Shown here: positions 39,355 to 48,481 of the stretch, piece by piece
How the letters are laid out: every line of letters begins with the position of its first letter
How positions within the stretch are numbered: the first letter of the stretch is position 1
Assembly: GCA_016927655.1 (NCBI GenBank)
Contig: JAFGMG010000012.1
Location: forward strand, 42,618-106,617
Origin: Candidatus Dojkabacteria bacterium
Lineage (GTDB): Bacteria; Patescibacteriota; Dojkabacteria; B142; JAFGMG01
Length of the DNA stretch: 64,000 nt
Reading direction: 5' to 3'
Translations under genes and position numbers: made by a program
The notes under the pieces: model-generated
Database searches by the model: none
What the model was told of the DNA's origin: nothing
The model's input: only the letters and a program-made list of their open reading frames with translations

Positions 39355-41595
39355 CTAATATGTACAGCTTTCCTGACAGCCTTCAGTACAAGTCATCCCT
39401 GGAGGGCAGTAGAAATCACAATCATTAAAATCGCCGTTGTATTCATCACATTCACTTTCTTCAATTGAGAAACATTTGTTTTCAACAGCAACAAAAGAAC
39501 CCCCATAGTATCCACATATAACACCTGGGGCTGTGCTCCCTTCACCAGAAACACGAATGCTTAATTGACTTGTGCCCCCAGCACCATAGGATACAACCAG
39601 GAAAGTATTGTATGTCCGCACTGATGTGGGAATGAAACCAACTTCAACACTGCAACTTTCACCAGCAGCTATCGTCGGAGTACTACTTCCGCAAGGATTC
39701 GAAGCTCCTTCTGGATTTGTATCCAATGAGAAATTTGAGCTGTCAAGCAGGCTGATACCAGCTATTTCCATCTCCTGAGCAGTTTGATTGGTTATGGATA
39801 TTTCACGAGTGGCAGTTTGTCTTCCAGAAAGCAATGCAGAGAAATTCACAAGAGAGGAACTTGCCCTAACCTCTTCAGGTGAGGCTATACATTCGTACTT
39901 TTCATTGTAGGTTGATACGCCTGCATTGAAATCATTGCAGTCTTTATTATCTGGTATACCAGAAGGGCAAGTGACCGGCTTATTCAAGCTAAGACCCCAG
40001 TTATAATATCCGTCGCCGTCTCTATCCAGACAATCAATACTTCTCGAATTTGCATCAACAATTGGCAATATTAATCCATGCGTCCAGCCAAAGTTTGTGA
40101 TCGGAGTTTTCAAATTTACATATCCGTGATTTCCCCAGGTATTCCCCCAGCTGTTTTTGAATATCCAGACAGGTTCGTCATAAGAGTCAGTATACCAGCC
40201 GACAAGGACCATTGCGTGACTCCAGGAATAAATCCCTCCGCTAACCGGGCCCTGCTCAATTATCAGCTTTTTCAAGTTATCTTCTGTTTTATTTGTGAAA
40301 TCCACCCTTCCGCTGATTTTGATTCGCTCACTTGGGCTTGCACATTTTAAAGAACAAGAGAGATCTCTTGCTGAATATGAAAAGCAGGATTCATTTACTA
40401 CTCCATTGTTTTTAATATAATCCAACGTCAAGCTAGGCCATCCGCCGCTGCATGATCCGGCACCGCTGCAGGAAAGCATATCCTGTTCAGAAAGATCCAG
40501 ATTGACATGCTTATTGTAATAAAGATTAGCCAGAGATTCGGTTGCTCCAACCGCGGCAAACGCCCAGCAGGATCCGCAGCTCGCCTGGTTTTTGACCGCT
40601 GTTATCCATCCATTTCCGGTTTCATTTGAATCTGGATTGCCATCAAAATAAGGCGATGCAGGATTATTGGCCCCATGGACAGTTCTCCAGTCCCAGCTAG
40701 ATGCATAAATTGATGCTCCTTTTACATCACCGTTCATACTTCTTGTTGCCGATGCAAATAGGCCTAATACAGTTTCTGGCAGGTTCGTAATTATGCTTAC
40801 AAGCATAGGTCTTGTAGTAGGCGTTCGCCCACTTGATTCATCTACAACCACTTCCAGGACTCCTCCAACATAAAATTCTGCTCCTTGGAAATTCGGCAGC
40901 TCCTCGGAGTACAATTGAGATTTCTCTTCATAGCTGAGTTCGCCGAAAGCCGTTCTACCGGCCTGCCAGTCATATCCTTTTTCTTCAATCGAATCATTAA
41001 GCTCGGCAATTTTCTCATCAAGAACATCTTCTTTTTTCTGTTCGATTTGTGCCGCTTCAGCCGCAGTTGCCTCGCTCTGATTCATATTGACCTTTGTGAC
41101 TTCTAGACCAGCTCCGTTTTCTGTGTAGACTTCCAGGCTGGCTATTTTTGTTTCCCCAAGTAAACACGTTTCTTCACATTTTTCTTGGACACTGAACTCA
41201 CCCTGTCCATTTAGTAAATAATATGCTTCATAGACAAGATATTTCGTCCCATCATCTGAATAAAGAATTACTCTAGCTAAGCTGTCTTTATTTGGTAAAT
41301 TTACATCCGCATTGATTGTGAGGCCATATATTGTTGCGTCTTTTTCAATTTCGACATCCTGAGTATCACTTTCACTTGTAGGATCTTCTGTAGCAGCCGG
41401 GGTTCCTTCAGATAACTCAGCCTCAATTGATTCTTCTCCAACAGGGATGTCTTCTGGAGTTTGATCTGAATCTTTACCCGCATTGAATAGAAAATAAGCA
41501 AACAGTATTGCCAGTATCAGTAAAAGGTACAACTCCACTTCTAATCGGGGATTATTTTTGATTTCTTTTCTAAACTTTTGAAAGAAATTTGCCAT
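39355..41595 (-). CDS. Membrane-anchored papain-like C1A cysteine protease with Ig-like and Cys-rich C-terminal domains
   Basis: KNQASCGSCWAF, LSEQ, SHAMVLVGW, KNSWG; DRDGDGY/DCND; GESCSVEVGF.P. Confidence 0.88.
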   Translation of the reverse strand: MANFFQKFRKEIKNNPRLEVELYLLLILAILFAYFLFNAGKDSDQTPEDIPVGEESIEAELSEGTPAATEDPTSESDTQDVEIEKDATIYGLTINADVNLPNKDSLARVILYSDDGTKYLVYEAYYLLNGQGEFSVQEKCEETCLLGETKIASLEVYTENGAGLEVTKVNMNQSEATAAEAAQIEQKKEDVLDEKIAELNDSIEEKGYDWQAGRTAFGELSYEEKSQLYSEELPNFQGAEFYVGGVLEVVVDESSGRTPTTRPMLVSIITNLPETVLGLFASATRSMNGDVKGASIYASSWDWRTVHGANNPASPYFDGNPDSNETGNGWITAVKNQASCGSCWAFAAVGATESLANLYYNKHVNLDLSEQDMLSCSGAGSCSGGWPSLTLDYIKNNGVVNESCFSYSARDLSCSLKCASPSERIKISGRVDFTNKTEDNLKKLIIEQGPVSGGIYSWSHAMVLVGWYTDSYDEPVWIFKNSWGNTWGNHGYVNLKTPITNFGWTHGLILPIVDANSRSIDCLDRDGDGYYNWGLSLNKPVTCPSGIPDNKDCNDFNAGVSTYNEKYECIASPEEVRASSSLVNFSALLSGRQTATREISITNQTAQEMEIAGISLLDSSNFSLDTNPEGASNPCGSSTPTIAAGESCSVEVGFIPTSVRTYNTFLVVSYGAGGTSQLSIRVSGEGSTAPGVICGYYGGSFVAVENKCFSIEESECDEYNGDFNDCDFYCPPGMTCTEGCQESCTY

Positions 41596-41660
41596 TGAGC
41601 GGAAAACTTGTTAGTTCTACTATACATATTTTTGAGGAAGGGGTAAAGGATTCGAAAAAG

Positions 41661-41732
41661 TGAGTCCGGGGGGACTCGAACCCCCAACCAATGGCTTAAA
41701 AGGCCACTGCTCTACCATTGAGCTACAGACCC
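41661..41732 (-). tRNA. tRNA-Lys (TTT)
   Basis: GGGTCTGTAGCTCAATGGTAGAGCAGTGGCCTTTTAAGCCATTGGTTGGGGGTTCGAGTCCCCCCGGACTCA; no encoded CCA. Confidence 0.93.
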
Positions 41733-42004
41733 GACGTCGGAATTTTGCTTCAGACTGCGTTCATTTGTATACAAATGAACTTTACCTTTCGCAAATTCCT
41801 CCTTTTTCGAATTAATTCCCGAAGGTCATTAATTCGAGCAAAGTGAAGATAAATTTCTAAAGAACTTCGCAATTATACTCCAAAGCAAGTCTTCTTGTCA
41901 CGAAGCTATTTGATTATAAGAAATTATTTATCTTATTGTTATATTTTTTATCTTCTGACGTTTGATATGTATAATTAGAAAATTATCCCTCTCAAAAATA
42001 ATAG

Positions 42005-45000
42005 ATGCAGAGGAGCCTAGAAAAAACCAAGGACCTGGATCAAGACCTCATTACCTCCGAGCTTAGCTATCGCCGCCTGTTTGAAACCGCTCAAGATGGC
42101 ATACTTCTGGTCGATTTCAAAACTGGAATGATTCTTGATGCCAATCAATTCCTCATTGATATGCTCGGTTATTCCAAGGCCGATTTTCTAAAGAAGCACC
42201 TCTGGGAAATTGGAGCTTTTAAAGACATTGCCGCGTCAAAAGAAAATTTCTCCACATTAAGGGAAAAGAGATATGTACGCTTCGAAGATCTCCCCCTTGA
42301 AACAAAATCGGGCAAACACATTGATGTTGAGTTTGTAGCAAACGCCTACCAGGTCAATGACGCTACAATCATCCAATGCAATATCCGCGACATTACGGCT
42401 AGGAAAAAAATCGAAAAAACTCTTGAGGATAAAGAGGTTCTATACAGGCAGTTATTTGAAAACATGATTAGCGGAGTGGTTATCTATGAAACAAAGGATA
42501 AAGGCAAGACTTTTATAATAAAAGACTGCAATCATGCAACTGAAAAAATCGAGAAGGTAAAAAAGAATGAAATCATCGGCCGGAGTGTTGCCAAAGTATT
42601 TCCTGGGGTTAAAAATTTCGGGCTTTTCCGGGTTTTTCAAAGAGTATGGAAAACAGGAAAGGCTGAAAATTTCCCGATCTCTTTGTACAAAGACAATAGA
42701 ATTTCAGGATAGAGGAAGAATTTCGTTTATAAACTTCCCAATGGCAATCTTGTTGTAATTTACAGCGATATAACCGCCCAGAAAAAAGCAGAGAAAAAAA
42801 TAGAGCAGCTCTTAAAAACAACTACTGCAATTTATGAGACTTCCAGAATAATTTTTGAGAATTCGGATTCGGATAAATCTTTTAATAATTTGATTAAAAT
42901 CTTACCTAATTCATTTCAATTTCCAGAATTAATTTGTGTCAGAATTATTTACAACGGCAAAGAATACAAATCAGATAATTTCAAAGAAACGAAGCACAAA
43001 CTTATTCAGTATCTCAAAATCGATAGCCAAGAGCTGGGAGCTATAGAGGTATATTACCTAAAAAACAGAGGTTTCATTGATGAAGAAAAGGATATGATCA
43101 GCGAAGTTGGTTCTCAGATCGTGACTATCATCGAGCAAAAAAGAACACAGCAAAAACTAAAAGACAGCGAAGAAAAATATAGATTGTTATTTAACAACTC
43201 AAAAGATGCTTTGATGACGCTAGAGCCTCCTGATTGGAAATTTACTACCAGCAATCCCGCAATAAAAAAAATGTTTGGAATCAAAAGCGAAAAGGAATTT
43301 ACCTTCTTAAACCCATGGGAAATATCTCCAAAATACCAGCCTGATGGACAGCTCTCAAGTACAAAAGCCAAAAAGATGATTCAAAAAGCGCTTAAAGATG
43401 GCAGTAATTTTTTTGAATGGACTCATAAAAAGCTAGACGGAGAAAATTTCTATGCCACAGTATTACTAGTCAGAATATCATCCGGTAAAAAGAAGTTTCT
43501 TCAAGCCACGGTTCGAGATATTACTGAAGAAAAACACGCAAAATATTTAGCCAAAATTTCCGAACTTCGTTATCGTCGCCTATTCGAAACTGCCCAGGAC
43601 GGTATCCTAATACTGGATTATAAAACCGGAATGATTCTGGCCGCAAACAAGTTTCTCATGAATTTATTAGGTTATTCCAAAAAAGAGCTGCTGAAAAAAC
43701 ACTTCTGGGAGATAAGCTCATTTAAAGATATAGTGCCCTCGAAGAAAAAATTTGCGTCTATACGTAAGAAAAAGTCACTTCATTTTGAAGACCTCCCTCT
43801 TGAAACAAAAAGTGGGAAAAAGGTTGAAGTAGAGTTTGTCTCCACTATGTATCTTGTTGGAGAATCGAAAAGAATACATTGCAACATTCGAGATATTACT
43901 GCTAGAAGGAAGAGTGAGCGCGAAGCTCAAAAATTACTGCGCTTGAGTGAAGAAAAATTTTCCAAAGCCTTTCATACCTCACCATACGTCATGACAATTA
44001 CCGAGATGAAAACCGGCAAATTTATCGAGATTAATGAGGAGTTTACGAAATTAACAGGTTACAGCAGGGAAGAAACTCTTGCCAATTCGTCAATAGGACT
44101 TGGCGTGTGGAGCGACAAGGAAGATCGGGAGCTGATTGCAGCGAAACTTCTTGCAGGTCTGCCTGTTAATAACCAAGAATGCCAATTCAAAACTAAAAGC
44201 GGGGAGGAGAGAACCGGCTTGTACTCTGCTCAATTGATTGAACTTAACCAGGGATTATGCATTTTATCAAGTGTTACTGATATTACAGAACGCGAAAAGA
44301 CGCAGCGGTTAATTCACGATATTAAAAACAGAGACGAAGCACTGCTAGAATCAATAGGTGATGCCGTCTTTGCTACCGATGTTTCGGGGAAAATCCTGCT
44401 TTTTAACAAAATGGCTGAAAAAATGACCGGGAAATCTGCCACAGAGGTAATTGGTAAGCATTATAAAGAGGCAGTAACTTTTATCAGTGAAGATACCGGG
44501 AAACCTCACGAAGATTTTATCGTCAGTGCGGTGGATGAGGATAAAATAACGAAAATGGGCAGCCATGTAGAATTGATCCGCAAAGATGGTGTCAAAATAC
44601 CGGTAGCTGACTCGGCTGCTCCGATCAAAGACATGGAAGGTAAAATTATTGGCTGCGTCGTGGTTTTTCATGACGTGACTCAAGAACGCCTTGTGGATAG
44701 AGCCAAAACAGAATTTGTCTCACTTGCTTCACACCAGCTGCGAACCCCCTTATCTACAATCAACTGGTATGTGGAAATGCTTTTATCGCTGGATGTCGGG
44801 AATCTAACTCCGAAACAAAAACAATATAGTGAGCAGATCAGCAAAGCCAGCAGAAGAATGGTAGATCTGGTAAATGCTCTTTTAAATGTTTCCAGGCTGG
44901 AACTTGGAACATTTATGATCGAACCGAAACGAGTCAATATCAAAAAGACCGCGCAAGGATGCCTCAATGAGCTCAAGTCGAAGATTGTAAAGAAAAAGTT

Positions 45001-45415
45001 GAACGTTAGGCAGAGCTACAAAGGAGTTTCTTACATAAAAGCCGATCCTCAGCTCCTGACGATTATTTTCCAGAACCTTCTTTCAAATGCAATTAAATAT
45101 TCGAATAATAACGGGCGCGTCGGCCTAACAGTCAAAAAAGAAAAAAGTGGTATTTTGATAAAGATATCCGACGCTGGTATCGGAATACCCAAGCATCAGC
45201 AAAAGGGAATTTTCCAGAAACTCTTCCGAGCAGACAATGCAAAAACTCTTGACCCGGATGGCACTGGACTGGGATTGTATATTGTCAAACAAATTACTGA
45301 CTATACAGGAGGAGAGGTCTGGTTTAGATCTATTGAAAATAAGGGGACAACTTTTTATATAAGACTGCCTCTATCTGGGATGACAAAGAAGGTTGGCAGT
45401 AAATCACTAACTTAA
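42005..45415 (+). pseudogene. Multi-PAS sensor histidine kinase split by one in-frame TAG (42710-42712)
   Basis: ORFs 42005..42712 and 42890..45415 share a frame; the gap reads RISG*RKNFVYKLPNGNLVVIYSDIT. H box ASHQLRTPL; NLLSNAIKY, D.GIGI, GTGLGL. Confidence 0.8.
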
Positions 45416-45432
45416 CTTATTAATAATTTATT

Positions 45433-45804
45433 ATGAAAAAAACAATCCTTCTTATTGATGATGAGCCGGCTTTACTGGCTGCCCTTGTTGACAAATTTTC
45501 ACGAGCTGGATTTGACATTATCAGTGCAGAAAACGGGGAATTGGGCCTGGAATCTGCTCTCGAGAATAAACCTGACCTTATCCTTTTAGATATCATTATG
45601 CCGGTTATGGATGGGATAACTATGCTTAGCAAGCTGCGGACAGACCCCTGGGGAAAGAAAGCCAAGGTAATACTGCTGACGAATTTATCCTACCCTTTGA
45701 AGCCTCCTGAGGGCCTAACTAAAGGAATAAGAGGCTATTTAGTCAAATCTGACTGGCAGATTGAAGATGTGGTGAGTAAAGTCAGCAAGGAACTAGGGGT
45801 ATAA
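45433..45804 (+). CDS. Single-domain response regulator
   Basis: ILLIDDE, PDLILLDIIMPVMDG, LTN, YLVK. Confidence 0.92.
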   Translation: MKKTILLIDDEPALLAALVDKFSRAGFDIISAENGELGLESALENKPDLILLDIIMPVMDGITMLSKLRTDPWGKKAKVILLTNLSYPLKPPEGLTKGIRGYLVKSDWQIEDVVSKVSKELGV

Positions 45805-45935
45805 TTAATCTTTCGGAAGAATCAATTTACTCCGAAAATAAAAATTTCGCAAATTAAAGTTTCACTGATTGAGTTTCACCATCTTCTTGATAGATTGATC
45901 ATAAGTTTCAAAAATAGCTTTTAATTTTTCATTAA

Positions 45936-46307
45936 ATGTTTGAGCCAATTCCACTAAGCCGGGAGCAAGTCTGGGGGTTACAGCTTAAACAATACCTTCA
46001 GACAAAAGATCCCGCCTCCTTTGATTTTGTTGTTGATAATGAGAGGGGAGATTATTACAGGGTAATTGGAGGACAGGCTGTACGAGAAGATTTAGTTGCG
46101 AATTTTGTTGATGAGATGCTTCTTGACCAATCTCCAGAGTCCGGGCTGGAAGGAAAGCCGGCAAACCCTCTCGAACCTGAATTTTTCACAGCAGGTAGAG
46201 AATTTCCTGATGCGAATTTAGGAGGAGCACAAAGTGCTTCGGCAGGGAGGCAATATCCTTCAGGAGCAAGTACATTTGCCGCAAATACCGCTTCAAAATA
46301 CGACTAA
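45936..46307 (+). CDS. Hypothetical protein
   Basis: 123 aa ORF filling the gap, converging on trpS. Confidence 0.5.
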   Translation: MFEPIPLSREQVWGLQLKQYLQTKDPASFDFVVDNERGDYYRVIGGQAVREDLVANFVDEMLLDQSPESGLEGKPANPLEPEFFTAGREFPDANLGGAQSASAGRQYPSGASTFAANTASKYD

Positions 46308-46311
46308 AATA

Positions 46312-47331
46312 TCAATCCACCCCAACCGCTTTTCTTACTTTCTGTATCACTTTTGCAGCTACCTCACGCACCTCAGCATTATTTTTTATGATCAACTTGT
46401 CTATTCCCGCCTTATCTGCTGCAAATTTTTCTCTCCTCTGCCTTGCCTCTTTGAAATATTCCATAAAAAATTCAAAGAATGCTTTTTTAATTTCCACATC
46501 GCCTATAGTTCCTTTTTTGTAGCGCGACTCAAAATCTTTTAGTTTCGCATCGTCGTATTCCATCAATTTCATATAGCTGAATATTGGATTTTTTGCCGGA
46601 TCACCAGGATCATCAGGATGAATTCTTGCCGGATCAGTTACAGTTGCAAAAATCTGTTTGCGGATTTCTTCTTCAGCTGCAAATATCGGCAGATCATTAC
46701 CAAGAGACTTACTCATTTTTTTCTTCCCATCAATTCCTACAACTCTGGCAACCTCTTTCTTGACATAAAGTTTCGGAACTTTCAAAATCTCCCCATATCT
46801 TTTATTGAAACTTTGCGCGATATTGCGGGCAATCTCAACATGCTGAGTCTGATCCTCCCCAACTGGTACAAAATCCGGTTCAAATATCAAAATATCTGCT
46901 GCCATTAAAACCGGATAGTTAAAAAGTCCGTGATTTATCGAGTCTTCATTTACTCCTTTTTGGAACTTGTCTTTGTATGCATGCATTCTTTTAAGTTCAG
47001 CCATTGTCACAACGTTGTTTAGAATTATGTTCAACTCAGCAATCTCAGGCACACCACTCTCGATATAGAAATTGACATTTTTTCTTTCAGGTTCAAGCCC
47101 AAGAGAAAGATAATCAAGATAAGTATTTCTGACATTTGACCTCATCTGCTCCGGATCATGTACAGTATTGAGGGCATGATAGTCAGCAATGAAATAATTT
47201 GCATGCTTGACTTGAGCTTGGAACATAACGTGCGGTTTGACCGCACCAAGATAGTTTCCCAGATGCAGCCCCTTAGCCGAACTCGGCGTGATCCCAGTAA
47301 CTAAAGTTTGTTTTGATAAGTCTTTTTTCAT
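46312..47331 (-). CDS. trpS: Tryptophanyl-tRNA synthetase
   Basis: HLGNYLGA, IADYHA, YPVLMAADIL, VPVGEDQ, KMSKS. Confidence 0.95.
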   Translation of the reverse strand: MKKDLSKQTLVTGITPSSAKGLHLGNYLGAVKPHVMFQAQVKHANYFIADYHALNTVHDPEQMRSNVRNTYLDYLSLGLEPERKNVNFYIESGVPEIAELNIILNNVVTMAELKRMHAYKDKFQKGVNEDSINHGLFNYPVLMAADILIFEPDFVPVGEDQTQHVEIARNIAQSFNKRYGEILKVPKLYVKKEVARVVGIDGKKKMSKSLGNDLPIFAAEEEIRKQIFATVTDPARIHPDDPGDPAKNPIFSYMKLMEYDDAKLKDFESRYKKGTIGDVEIKKAFFEFFMEYFKEARQRREKFAADKAGIDKLIIKNNAEVREVAAKVIQKVRKAVGVD

Positions 47332-47350
47332 AAATTATATATACTAATAA

Positions 47351-48037
47351 TTAATTATAATAATAGTCAACCAATTCCTCGGCAAGGGCGTTCATTGAGT
47401 TTATAATTCTGCCGCTCAATGCTTCATAGTTTATTGCAAGAGGGAGCTCAGTACAACCAAGGATAACATTTTCGGCGCCAGCTTCATATAGACTATTCAA
47501 GATTCTCACATAGTCTTTTTTCTCTTTGCCATTATCAGTGCCGGCTAGTACATAACGGATAATTTTGTCTACAGTTTTTCTATCTGCAATGCGAGGCTTG
47601 ATTATCTCAATGCCGAAATTGCCAAGTGTCTTGTCATAGAGATCCGCCCCAAGTGTGACGCTGGAAGCAAGCAGTCCAACTTTCTTCAATCCATTGCATT
47701 TTTCCGCAACTGCATCAATTATCGAGCTAAATTCGACTTCCGTTTCTCCCTGCAGGTCACTCAGCAATAAATGCACAGTGTTACTTGCAATAGCAAGCCT
47801 GGTCGCACCAGCTTGAGTCAAAATTCCGACTGATTTCTTGAGCATTTTTTTCGCATCACCCATCCCATCTTTGTTTGAAATGAAATCAGGGATAGGAACT
47901 GAATCGATAATCACTCTTGGATAATCGTCATTGTTTTTTGCAGCAAAGTTTTTCTGTGAGAACTCTATGATTTTTTTATACAGAATTGCCGTAGCCTGAG
48001 GTCCAACCCCACCTAGAATTCCTATTATTTTGTTCAT
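47351..48037 (-). CDS. Asp/Glu racemase-family protein (RacX/YgeA-like)
   Basis: IGILGGVGP.AT, IASNT.H (Ser at the first Cys position), ILGCTELP. Confidence 0.88.
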   Translation of the reverse strand: MNKIIGILGGVGPQATAILYKKIIEFSQKNFAAKNNDDYPRVIIDSVPIPDFISNKDGMGDAKKMLKKSVGILTQAGATRLAIASNTVHLLLSDLQGETEVEFSSIIDAVAEKCNGLKKVGLLASSVTLGADLYDKTLGNFGIEIIKPRIADRKTVDKIIRYVLAGTDNGKEKKDYVRILNSLYEAGAENVILGCTELPLAINYEALSGRIINSMNALAEELVDYYYN

Positions 48038-48056
48038 AATAATTTGTCTAACAAAT

Positions 48057-48081
48057 ATAAAAAATCCCGATTTTGCGGGAT
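48057..48081 (-). terminator. Attenuator terminator hairpin
   Basis: ATCCCG-CAAAAT-CGGGAT followed by a T run on the minus strand, about 20 nt before the racemase ATG. Confidence 0.8.
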
Positions 48082-48115
48082 AGATTGAAAGAAGAAAAAT
48101 ATTTAAATCAAAGGA

Positions 48116-48184
48116 TTATTCCCGCCAAGTTTGCGGGTTCCACCAGTTATTTAAAGTAAGTTGTACGTTAGTGTTGTTTTTCAT
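48116..48184 (-). CDS. Trp-rich leader peptide MKNNTNVQLTLNNWWNPQTWRE
   Basis: 22-codon ORF with TGG TGG and a third TGG, after an extended -10 (TGTTATAAT, 48196-48204) and before a terminator. Confidence 0.85.
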   Translation of the reverse strand: MKNNTNVQLTLNNWWNPQTWRE

Positions 48185-48266
48185 AATCTGAAGGAATTAT
48201 AACATAAAATTGTTGACTGGAGAATTTTGCGCTCCAGAAGGAGGTAGCTTTTTATTACTTTTCTAT

Positions 48267-48389
48267 GTATTACCGATAGGTAATGTTGCTTTATTATTCC
48301 ATTTCTATCAACCCCACACCCCTTTACTACCAGCCAATCTGAAGCCTACAAACTCTTACCTATTATCAAACATTGCCGATCGGCAATGT
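48267..48389. repeat. Second pair of 20-bp palindromes 103 bp apart
   Basis: GTATTACCGATAGGTAATGT (48267) and the perfect ACATTGCCGATCGGCAATGT (48370). Confidence 0.75.
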
Positions 48390-48481
48390 CTAAAAAATGC
48401 TCTACAAGACAGAGGCTATGACAATGAAAAATCCAATCCGAGAAGACTAAAACCAATAAATATCCCTTCACTGCAAATCAA

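Noticed and set aside
42710-42712. Genome-wide stop-codon reassignment
   Set aside because: TAG and TGA end many intact genes in this window, and no pyrrolysine genes are seen
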